Assembly: GCA_022843525.1 (NCBI GenBank)
Contig: JALHNR010000015.1
Span: 1-24,283 of the forward strand
Direction of reading: 5' to 3'
DNA from: Methylocystis sp.
Lineage (GTDB): Bacteria; Pseudomonadota; Alphaproteobacteria; Rhizobiales; Beijerinckiaceae
Length of the DNA stretch: 24,283 bases
Shown: in pieces, positions 1 through 7,102 of the stretch
Layout: every line of letters starts with the position of its first letter
How positions within the stretch are numbered: position 1 is the first letter of the stretch
The notes under the pieces: model-generated
The model's database searches: none
The model's input: the letters and a program-made list of their open reading frames with translations, nothing else
What the model was told of the DNA's origin: nothing
Translations under genes and position numbers: made by a program

Positions 1-641
1 TCGGACTCAAATTCACATCTCGATTATCCAGGGCGATGCGTCGATGGATGCCTCCGATCTCTGGAGAGCCTTAGCGGCGATTGAGCCAAGCGAGCGTTCG
101 TTCGACCAACGCCGTGCGCGAGGATGAATTCCAAGGTATCGATTTCGGAGGACCGCAAGCCTCGCTCGCGCTATTGCGGAAGCGAGCGGTGTGGCGCCCC
201 CTTAGCATCGACAGTCACGCGGGAAAGGCAATCCGTTCTCAGCCGCGACGTTCACTCACACGCGCCAATCACGTCACCCTTTTATAGCGGGCGTTGCTTG
301 CTATTACCGCACCGAGCGGCTTGCGTGTCGCAGCTTTCGTTGACAACGAAGGAAATTGGTGGATCATCGCGCCTGCGAGGGTGGCGATCCCTCTTTCAGG
401 CGGTATGCCCAAGCATCGCGGACGGCTCTTCAAAGCCGAGGATTCCGGATGCCGTCTTTATATCGACGTCTGTCTATGGACTTGACCGCTCGGCTCTACA
501 TTTGGCGGCGCGCCCCGGAGCGTCTGTTGTCGCGCCAGCAAAGCTGCGCGCGCAGCACGCGGCGGCTTTCTCATTGCGCCTCGCCTTGAACGCAGGCCGG
601 CGGGCGCTTCGAATCCATCCAAAATCAAAAGGAGAAAGCCC

Positions 642-1619
642 TTGGCTTCCGCGATCATTCGCATTGTTCTCTTAACGAGCGCCCTGGCGCTTGCAATAGG
701 CGCGCCGCAGCTGCGCGCCGAACCTGCGACGCCCATCAAGGGGACCGCCTATGTGACCTCGTGGTTCGGCGGCGTCGTTTCCGTTATAGATCTCGCATCA
801 GGCGCACTGAAGAAGAAAATCCCAGTCGGCATCCACAATCATAACGTCACGCTGCGTCCCGATCAGAAACAAGCTTGGGTCACGAACAACAACGCGGGAA
901 CCCTATCCATCATCGATACGCAAGCAAATAGCGTGATCAAGTCGCTGCCAACAGGAAAGGGTCCGCGACACATCTTTTTCAGCGCCGATGGCAAGGAAGC
1001 ATACGTTACGAACGAGTTCGACGACCGGGTGGAAATTTTTGACGCGCAGGCGGGTGCATCGCTTGGCGTCGTCAAGGCGGGCTCGATGCCGCATTTCGCG
1101 CTCGCTTCAGGCGACAGGCTTTTCGTCTCGAATTTCGGCGGCGGCGACGTGACGGTGCTCTCACGCGCAAAACGCCAGGCGCTCGCGACGATCGCTGTCG
1201 GAACGGGGCCGCTGGGCCAAGGCGCGACCAAGGACGGCAAGCGCGTCTATGTCGCCTGTCACAACGCCAATCACGTCGCCGTAATCGACGCCGAAAGCCT
1301 TCGGCGGATAGCGGATGTCGAGACCGATGCGGGCCCGGTGCAAGTCACGGTCGCACCAAATCAGACCTTCGCTTATGTCGCTAATGACGGGGCGGGCACG
1401 GTGCAGAAAATCGACCTTGCCGTGAACAAAGTCGTCAAAACGATCTCCATAGCGCCGGACGCGGGCAGTCACGGCGTCGGCTTCGCCGGCGACGGTCGCT
1501 GGCTCCTCATCACCAATACGGGAGCCAACAGCCTCTCGATCTTCGACACGCAGACGGATGAGATTGTGAAGACAATCTCCGTTCCGACAGCGCCTGAAGG
1601 CGTTGCGGTCCGGCGTTGA
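642..1619 (+). CDS. Secreted seven-bladed YVTN-type beta-propeller repeat protein
   Basis: 325-aa ORF. The TTG start at 642 lies 7 nt after GGAG (631-634). The N-terminus ASAIIRIVLLTSALALAIGAPQLRAEP looks like a signal peptide. There are seven roughly 40-aa repeats, each with a YVTN-like strand (AYVTS, AWVTN, AYVTN, LFVSN, VYVAC, AYVAN, LLITN). Confidence 0.85.
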   Translation: MASAIIRIVLLTSALALAIGAPQLRAEPATPIKGTAYVTSWFGGVVSVIDLASGALKKKIPVGIHNHNVTLRPDQKQAWVTNNNAGTLSIIDTQANSVIKSLPTGKGPRHIFFSADGKEAYVTNEFDDRVEIFDAQAGASLGVVKAGSMPHFALASGDRLFVSNFGGGDVTVLSRAKRQALATIAVGTGPLGQGATKDGKRVYVACHNANHVAVIDAESLRRIADVETDAGPVQVTVAPNQTFAYVANDGAGTVQKIDLAVNKVVKTISIAPDAGSHGVGFAGDGRWLLITNTGANSLSIFDTQTDEIVKTISVPTAPEGVAVRR

Positions 1620-1903
1620 AAAGCATCTTTGTTGCGAAACGGGGGAGACGCTCGCAATTCGATGGCGCCAGACTGCCCGAATCAGTCTTGTTCTCTTTAG
1701 CTATAACGGCGCTTCGAAATTCCACGGACTATCGTCCGTGCCGCGGGCGTCGTTTAGCAGCTTTCCCTGCCCGCAGCGGATCAGAGACTTAGTTGCGCCG
1801 CAAAAAATCCCAGCCGTTCATGAGGATGGCATTTCCCTCAAGTGTTGCTACATTTGGCTGCGGTACGCGTTTGTCCCGCACCCGCGTTAATTTCGCCTGA
1901 GCC

Positions 1904-2608
1904 GTGATGGAAATTATGCAACGATCTAATGCAGAGTGGCTGACGGCGCTTCAGGAGGGCGGTCGAGACCAACAGTTAGCGCTTGCGGACCTTCGAGCGC
2001 GACTGCTTGCGGCAATTCGGGCCTATTTGGCGAAAGGCTACGCCACGCAAGAATCAACGCGTTCAGATGAAGCGCAGCACCTTGCTGAAGACTGCGCACA
2101 AGAGGCCATTCTCATTATACAATCAAAACTTGGAGACTTTCGCGGCGAAAGCCGCTTTATGACTTGGGCTTATTCAATCGCAATCAGAGTCGTGCTCGGA
2201 GAGCTGCGCCGCCGTCGCTGGCGAGAAGCTACGATCGAGCGCGCTCAGCTTGGACAGACTTTGCCGGCTTGGCCGATTCAAGAACCGGGGCCGGAGCGCA
2301 GTCTACAGCAGCGCGAAGCGTGGACTCTACTGGCGCGACTTATCGGCGCCAAGCTTACTCCCTTGCAACGGACTGCACTTGTCGCTCACGCTTTTCAGGG
2401 AATGCCCTTGGACGAGGTCGCCGAATGGTTGGGTTCTAATCGGAATAGTCTTTACAAACTCATCCACGATGCGCGTAAACGGCTTAAGCAGGCTTTGCTC
2501 GAAGAAGGCGTGACGCACAAAGATCTTATTGCCGTGTTTGACGAGCCAAAATCGGGAACCCATCTCCATTCGGAGGGTAAGACTTCCTCCGTTCAACGCA
2601 TCTTATAA
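1904..2608 (+). CDS. ECF-type (group IV) sigma-70 family RNA polymerase sigma factor
   Basis: 234-aa ORF. It has a region-2-like segment FMTWAYSIAIRVVLGELRRRRW and a region-4 HTH LTPLQRTALVAHAFQGMPLDEVAEWLGSNRNSLYKLIHDARKRLKQAL. The start is ambiguous (GTG 1904, ATG 1907 or ATG 1916). Confidence 0.85.
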   Translation: MMEIMQRSNAEWLTALQEGGRDQQLALADLRARLLAAIRAYLAKGYATQESTRSDEAQHLAEDCAQEAILIIQSKLGDFRGESRFMTWAYSIAIRVVLGELRRRRWREATIERAQLGQTLPAWPIQEPGPERSLQQREAWTLLARLIGAKLTPLQRTALVAHAFQGMPLDEVAEWLGSNRNSLYKLIHDARKRLKQALLEEGVTHKDLIAVFDEPKSGTHLHSEGKTSSVQRIL

Positions 2609-2614
2609 TCAGTC

Positions 2615-2875
2615 GTGCCGGAACCCGACATGAAACACAAAGACTTTACCCGCCTCATTGACACCGTCTTCGCCGCTAAGAGCGGAGAGGAGATGCTGTG
2701 CACGGAATATTTTGATGAACTTCCACGTTACGTCGATATTGAGGCATCCGGTCAGGACGCCGGAGCCTTATTGCCCGAGGTTAAACACCATATGCATCAG
2801 TGCCCCGAGTGCGAAGAGGTTTATCTCGCCCTTCTGAGACTCGTGAACGCAGAAAAAACTTTTCCTTCGAGGTAA
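2615..2875 (+). CDS. Small soluble zinc-finger (ZAS-type) anti-sigma factor candidate
   Basis: The ORF begins 7 nt after the sigma stop (GTG 2615, or ATG 2630 giving 81 aa). It contains H-x3-C-x2-C (HMHQCPEC) plus an upstream Cys (MLCTEYF) about 30 residues earlier, which is the ZAS ligand pattern. No hydrophobic transmembrane segment is visible. Confidence 0.6.
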   Translation: MPEPDMKHKDFTRLIDTVFAAKSGEEMLCTEYFDELPRYVDIEASGQDAGALLPEVKHHMHQCPECEEVYLALLRLVNAEKTFPSR

Positions 2876-2929
2876 GACCTCAGAATTCCGTCGCATCTAA
2901 GTCGTATCGGATCGAACTGGTTGGCGCGC

Positions 2930-2946
2930 GCGATCGAATCGATCGC
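2930..2946. promoter_or_regulatory. Perfect 8-1-8 palindrome GCGATCGA-A-TCGATCGC upstream of the multicopper oxidase gene
   Basis: Read directly from the sequence. It lies about 42 bp upstream of ATG 2988, in the 112-bp gap between the anti-sigma and MCO genes. The binding factor is unknown. Confidence 0.3.
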
Positions 2947-2987
2947 CGGCATTGTCCCCGGTTCTCCGCTCGAAGGAGTGTGATGCG

Positions 2988-3965
2988 ATGCTAAGAACCT
3001 GGGCGCAGTTGGGGATTTCACGTTCGTTCGCGTTTTTGCTCATGTGGCCAGGCGCACTTCTCGCCGCTAGCGCAGCCTCTGCCGCCGACCAACATTTGAT
3101 CACGCTCAAAGCAAGCGCAATGCCGTCGGGTCAGCTGGCCTATGAGATGGTCAGTCACAAGGTCAAATCCTCCACAGGAAAGGAAAGCGACCTTATGGAG
3201 CGGTATGCGAGCGGTCCTACCATCCCTGGTCCCACGCTCGTCATGAAAGAGGGGGACGTCGCTGAGGTGACTCTTCAACATGGGATCGCCGACTCGGCTT
3301 TGCCGGTCAGCATCCATGTCCACGGCGTGCACTTCAAGATCGACAGCGATGGCACCATGAAGGTTTTGAATGGCGTCGCCGACGAAGCTGCGTTCCCAGA
3401 CAAACCTTACACATACAAATGGACGGCCGCGCCTGGAACGGCAGGCACGTGGGCCTATCACGATCATGCATTCGGCAATCCGATGCTCGGAGCCGAGGAC
3501 AAGGGGCTGTTCGGTACGCTCATCATCAATCCGGCGAGCGGGAAGGTTCCTGCGCTCATCGATGGCAAGATCGTCGACGTTGATCTTGCCGATGTGAAAC
3601 GCGAATTCATTATTTGGATGCATGAAACGACCTTTTGGGGCCAGGAGCTCAATCATATCATCGAGGGCGGCAAGGAGATTCCGTTATGGACTAATCCGAC
3701 CGTCGGTGCGCGCCTGGGCGAAAAGGTTCGCTTCCACGTCATGGGGCTTGGCACCGCGTTCCATACTTTCCATCTCCATGCGCATCGCTGGATCGAGCCC
3801 GGAGCAACCGCCGCCGTTGACACCGTCAACATTGGTCCAATCAGCCGCACCTCGTTCATCGTGAAGGCCGGCGAGGGTGTTGGCCCCGGCGACTGGCACT
3901 ACCACTGTCACGTTATCCAACACATGCAGTCTGGGATGATGGGTGATTTCCGCGTCATCGAATGA
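2988..3965 (+). CDS. Two-domain multicopper oxidase (small-laccase/SLAC-like layout)
   Basis: All four MCO copper motifs are present: HVHGVH, WAYHDH, HTFHLHAH and HYHCHVIQHMQSGMM. About 325 aa is too short for a three-domain MCO. The N-terminus MLRTWAQLGISRSFAFLLMWPGALLAASAASAADQ is signal-like. ATG 2988 is preceded by GAAGGAG (2972-2978). The ORF track extends to TTG 2952. Confidence 0.85.
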   Translation: MLRTWAQLGISRSFAFLLMWPGALLAASAASAADQHLITLKASAMPSGQLAYEMVSHKVKSSTGKESDLMERYASGPTIPGPTLVMKEGDVAEVTLQHGIADSALPVSIHVHGVHFKIDSDGTMKVLNGVADEAAFPDKPYTYKWTAAPGTAGTWAYHDHAFGNPMLGAEDKGLFGTLIINPASGKVPALIDGKIVDVDLADVKREFIIWMHETTFWGQELNHIIEGGKEIPLWTNPTVGARLGEKVRFHVMGLGTAFHTFHLHAHRWIEPGATAAVDTVNIGPISRTSFIVKAGEGVGPGDWHYHCHVIQHMQSGMMGDFRVIE

Positions 3966-3968
3966 TCA

Positions 3969-5834
3969 ATGACGAACGGGGGAGTTAAAGGCATGAACCA
4001 CGCAACAATCATGAACCGCGTATCCTTTCTGACGTTGGCCGTGGCGACGACCTCGCTCGCTGCGTCGCTGTCGGCGCAGGCGAAAGACGCCGTGAAATCT
4101 GACGACGTTATCATCAGCCGCCCCGGCGTCCTACCGTCGGCCGTGCTGGAGATGACCGACGAGCCCGGCAAATGGTTCAAGGATCCCAAGAGCGGCGGCT
4201 CGCTCGTTGTGGTGAAGCCTGGCGAGGCGGTGCTCATCAAGATGACGGACACCAATACGGATCACACCATCACCAGTCTTGCCTGGCAGCCGGGCGCGGA
4301 CAAATTCCCGGTCGATCAGGAGAAGCCGTCGAACGCCAGCGTCACGCAGACCTTCGACAAACCGGGGCTCTATGTCTTCACCTGCAAGGTTCATCCCTAC
4401 ATGTTCGGCGCCGTTGTCGTCGACGATCCGAAGACGGAAGGGCTGGACATCGGCGGCGAATTGCAGCTCGTGACCGGCGCCAAAGTTCCGACGACAAGCG
4501 ACATCGCCAAGAAGCTGCTGCGCACCTTCTTCGTCGCCACGACGCCGGCGCTATGGCGCGACTATCGGCAGCCGAAGTGGGAGGTGAAGCTTCCCGATCT
4601 CGGACTCAATCTCGGCGGCGCGCAGATCAATCTGAGCGCGCTCAGCCTCTCGGCGCCGAACACGCTGCTGACGCCCCAGACGCCCGGCGTCGGCGAGGTC
4701 TGGGTCAACACGCAGTTTGAAGGCGTGAGCGGCAAGACGAAGTTCGGAACGGCGACGCAAATCGACGCGACGGACTGGACGCTCAAGAAAAAAGTCAAGG
4801 GCGTCGAGCAGAATATGAACAATCCCCACAATATGTGGCCCGATCCGACATATAAATACATTTATCAGACGGAATGGTTCGACAAGCGGCTGACCACCTT
4901 TGACCGCGAGAGCGGCAAAGTTCTTAACACACAGGTCGTTGGACAAAATCCGTCTCATGTGATGACGAGCCCGATAACCGGCATGCTCTATGTCGCCATC
5001 AATGGCGAGGACCGCGTGGCGAAACTGTCGCCTGGCGAATTCCCTTCGGCGATGGGCAACATTAATGTCGGCTCGCATTCCGGCCCGCACGGCCATCACC
5101 TCACCGACGACGGCAAATATATGATGACGCCGAACGCGCTGGCGGGAAGCGTTACCGTCGTTGATCTCGCGACCGAGAAAGCGACGGAAATTCCGACCGG
5201 CGGCGTTATCCCGATCGCGATCTGGAGCGACATGAACCATAAGGGCTATGCCGCCAATCTGCTCGGCACGCCCCCCGCCATGCTCTCCTCATTGACGGTG
5301 ATCGACATTGACAACAAGAAGAAGGTCAAGGACATCGACCTCGCTGCCGATTACGATCCGATCAGCGGCGCGCACAAGGGCGAAGCTTATGGCCTGCTTC
5401 CGATCCAGACCCCGGTGAGCCCTGACGGCAAATACGTCGTTACGGCGAACACGTTGAGCGCCACGGTCACGATCGTCGATGTGAAGACGGACAAGGTGGT
5501 GAAAAGCCTGCCCTGCGAAGCAGGCTGCCACGGCGTCAACTTCGGACACAAGAAGGGAGGCGGCTATTACGCCTATGTGGCGAGCAAATTCGCCAATGAC
5601 TTGATCGTTATCGACATGGATAAGCTCGAAGTTGTAGGCCGCATTCTGCTCGCGGATTCTAAGGACGGTCAGATCAACGCGCATAACGGCATGGGTGGAC
5701 AGGGCGTGTTGCCCTTGCCGATCGTCGAGCGGGGCATGCTTGCGCCCACGCTAAAACTCGCGGGAACAGGCAAGTTGAGCGCCGAAGTCGAGGGATGGCT
5801 CAAGCTTCTAACCAAGGAGCAACGCGGCAACTGA
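3969..5834 (+). CDS. Secreted fusion protein: N-terminal type-1 cupredoxin (amicyanin-like) plus C-terminal YVTN-like beta-propeller
   Basis: 621-aa ORF starting 3 nt after the MCO stop. ATG 3993, behind GGAG (3981-3984), is an alternative start. The signal-like segment is MNRVSFLTLAVATTSLAASLSAQA. The cupredoxin ligand pattern is His in TDHTITS followed by C-x2-H-x2-M in FTCKVHPYM. Propeller blades follow (LYVAIN, YMMTPN, YVVTAN, AYVASK, each followed by v-v-D turns). Confidence 0.8.
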   Translation: MTNGGVKGMNHATIMNRVSFLTLAVATTSLAASLSAQAKDAVKSDDVIISRPGVLPSAVLEMTDEPGKWFKDPKSGGSLVVVKPGEAVLIKMTDTNTDHTITSLAWQPGADKFPVDQEKPSNASVTQTFDKPGLYVFTCKVHPYMFGAVVVDDPKTEGLDIGGELQLVTGAKVPTTSDIAKKLLRTFFVATTPALWRDYRQPKWEVKLPDLGLNLGGAQINLSALSLSAPNTLLTPQTPGVGEVWVNTQFEGVSGKTKFGTATQIDATDWTLKKKVKGVEQNMNNPHNMWPDPTYKYIYQTEWFDKRLTTFDRESGKVLNTQVVGQNPSHVMTSPITGMLYVAINGEDRVAKLSPGEFPSAMGNINVGSHSGPHGHHLTDDGKYMMTPNALAGSVTVVDLATEKATEIPTGGVIPIAIWSDMNHKGYAANLLGTPPAMLSSLTVIDIDNKKKVKDIDLAADYDPISGAHKGEAYGLLPIQTPVSPDGKYVVTANTLSATVTIVDVKTDKVVKSLPCEAGCHGVNFGHKKGGGYYAYVASKFANDLIVIDMDKLEVVGRILLADSKDGQINAHNGMGGQGVLPLPIVERGMLAPTLKLAGTGKLSAEVEGWLKLLTKEQRGN

Positions 5835-5851
5835 ACCATTGCAATTCAGCT

Positions 5852-5884
5852 CCGATGGATAGCCCCGAGCAGGGCTTCCATCGG
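5852..5884 (+). terminator. Long imperfect hairpin downstream of the cupredoxin-propeller gene
   Basis: CCGATGGA-T-AGCCC [CGAGCA] GGGCT-TCCATCGG starts 18 nt after the stop codon. It has a 13-bp stem with one bulge. No U-tract follows, so terminator function is uncertain. Confidence 0.35.
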
Positions 5885-5945
5885 GGTGATCAGTTGTTAC
5901 CGCAACAGACGCAGCACTCGCCGAATAATGTTAGGAGAAACGCGA

Positions 5946-6632
5946 ATGATCGAGCGTCAAGCCAACAAGACAGAACATCTGGTTTCGGCCCATGCAGATC
6001 GATTTCGTGACGGCCCGAGTCGTTTAATGGGTTTGGACAACAACTTTAGCGGAGTCCGAAGGTCGAAGCGTACCCAGGCTGAAGCTGAAGCGGCTGTGCG
6101 GGTTCTTATCGAATGGGCAGGCGACGATCCGAACCGCGAAGGTTTGATCGATACGCCTGAGCGGGTGGCGCGTTCTTATCGCGAATTGTTCGCTGGCTAC
6201 GCCGCCGATCCTCGCGAATATCTCAAGCGCACGTTCGAAGAAGTGGGCGGTTATGACGAGCTGGTCGTATTGAAGAACATCCGCGTCGTTACTTTTTGCG
6301 AACATCACATGCTGCCGGTGATCGGACGCGCGCATGTCGGTTACCTGCCGACAAACCGGGTCGTGGGAATCTCCAAACTGGCGCGGGTCGTGCACGGATT
6401 CGCGCGTCGATTACAGATTCAGGAGAAGCTAACCGCTGAGATCGCCGAAGCCATCCAGGAAATTCTCGAGCCGCAAGGAGTAGGAGTGGTCGTCGAGGCC
6501 GAACACAGTTGCATGACCTTGCGTGGCGTGAACACGCTCGGATCCACATTGACCACTAGCCGGTTACTCGGCGTAATCCGCGACGACGCCCGCTCACGAG
6601 AGGAATTCCTCGGCATGGTGCGCCGAGCCTAG
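5946..6632 (+). CDS. folE: GTP cyclohydrolase I (type 1, FolE)
   Basis: Family motifs are present: [54 protein letters not shown] and [16 protein letters not shown] 5946 follows AGGAG (5933-5937). The ORF track opens earlier, at 5886. Confidence 0.9.
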   Translation: MIERQANKTEHLVSAHADRFRDGPSRLMGLDNNFSGVRRSKRTQAEAEAAVRVLIEWAGDDPNREGLIDTPERVARSYRELFAGYAADPREYLKRTFEEVGGYDELVVLKNIRVVTFCEHHMLPVIGRAHVGYLPTNRVVGISKLARVVHGFARRLQIQEKLTAEIAEAIQEILEPQGVGVVVEAEHSCMTLRGVNTLGSTLTTSRLLGVIRDDARSREEFLGMVRRA

Positions 6633-6745
6633 AATTTGGACCAGCGGCTGACGAAAGAAGCATTGGGAGCGGAACGCCATGGAAGATGGCATTCTCTAAG
6701 TTCTCCCGCTTGTAATTTTGCCTCGACCCGAGGGACCGGCTCTAG

Positions 6746-7018
6746 ATGGAGACCGTTGCACGAGCGTTGTCGCCGATAATAGCTCGAGCCTTGAATCTGG
6801 AAGACGGGGGGTTTCCAAATCTGGAGATCCGCAACGGTGAGCTCGTTGGAACGATAGTTGCTTGTGCGGTAGAAATGCGCGCTGACCTGATCGTTATGCA
6901 GACCGATGGTCGCGATAGCGCTTTGGACTCGATCATCGGGAGCACAACCGAGCGCGTCATACACGAAGCGCCTTGCTCCCTAGATGACGTGAACCGAGAG
7001 CGTCTGTTTGGAAGGTAG
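6746..7018 (+). CDS. Universal stress protein (UspA-family) C-terminal fragment, probably truncated
   Basis: The 90-aa ORF ends with the USP C-terminal signature ADLIVMQTDGRDSALDSIIGSTTERVIHEAPCS. An in-frame TAG sits immediately upstream of the ATG. The N-terminal half of a normal USP domain of about 140 aa is missing. Confidence 0.5.
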   Translation: METVARALSPIIARALNLEDGGFPNLEIRNGELVGTIVACAVEMRADLIVMQTDGRDSALDSIIGSTTERVIHEAPCSLDDVNRERLFGR

Positions 7019-7102
7019 CGGCGACTCGGGAACTTTCACAGGGTGCTTTGCTTTTTGATGCGCAGCGCCTGCCGGTTCGCTGCTGAGTTTCAGGAGGGCG
7101 TC

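Noticed and set aside
2-127. An open frame entering from the left edge (…IHISIIQGDASMDASDLWRALAAIEPSERSFDQRRARG-stop), possibly the 3' end of an upstream gene.
   Set aside because: It is plausible protein-like sequence, but I recognise no family and have only 41 codons. There is not enough evidence to call it.
336-350. A 7-1-7 palindrome TTCGTTGACAACGAA in the leader of the propeller gene. I also made a general search for FNR/Dnr/NnrR (TTGAT-N4-ATCAA, TTGCG-N4-CGCAA) or NsrR boxes upstream of norB, nnrS and the copper genes.
   Set aside because: The palindrome matches no consensus I know and sits about 290 bp from the start codon. I found no convincing NO-regulator box anywhere, so no regulatory call is made.
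124-675. A 183-aa plus-strand ORF, with overlapping ORFs, filling the 0.5-kb region upstream of the first propeller gene.
   Set aside because: The composition is Arg/Ser-rich and non-protein-like. It has no RBS and runs into the true TTG start at 642. I treat the region as a long non-coding leader or regulatory region.
1722-1740. A 7-bp hairpin CACGGAC-TATC-GTCCGTG about 100 nt downstream of the first propeller gene, considered as a terminator.
   Set aside because: The stem is short, there is no U-tract, and it is far from the stop codon. The evidence is too weak.
7028-7060. GGGAACTT, an exact RpoE-type -35, lies about 70 nt upstream of the norB GTG.
   Set aside because: At a spacing of 16-17 nt the sequence is TTTTTGA, with no TCnnA -10 element. 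A lone -35 match is insufficient.
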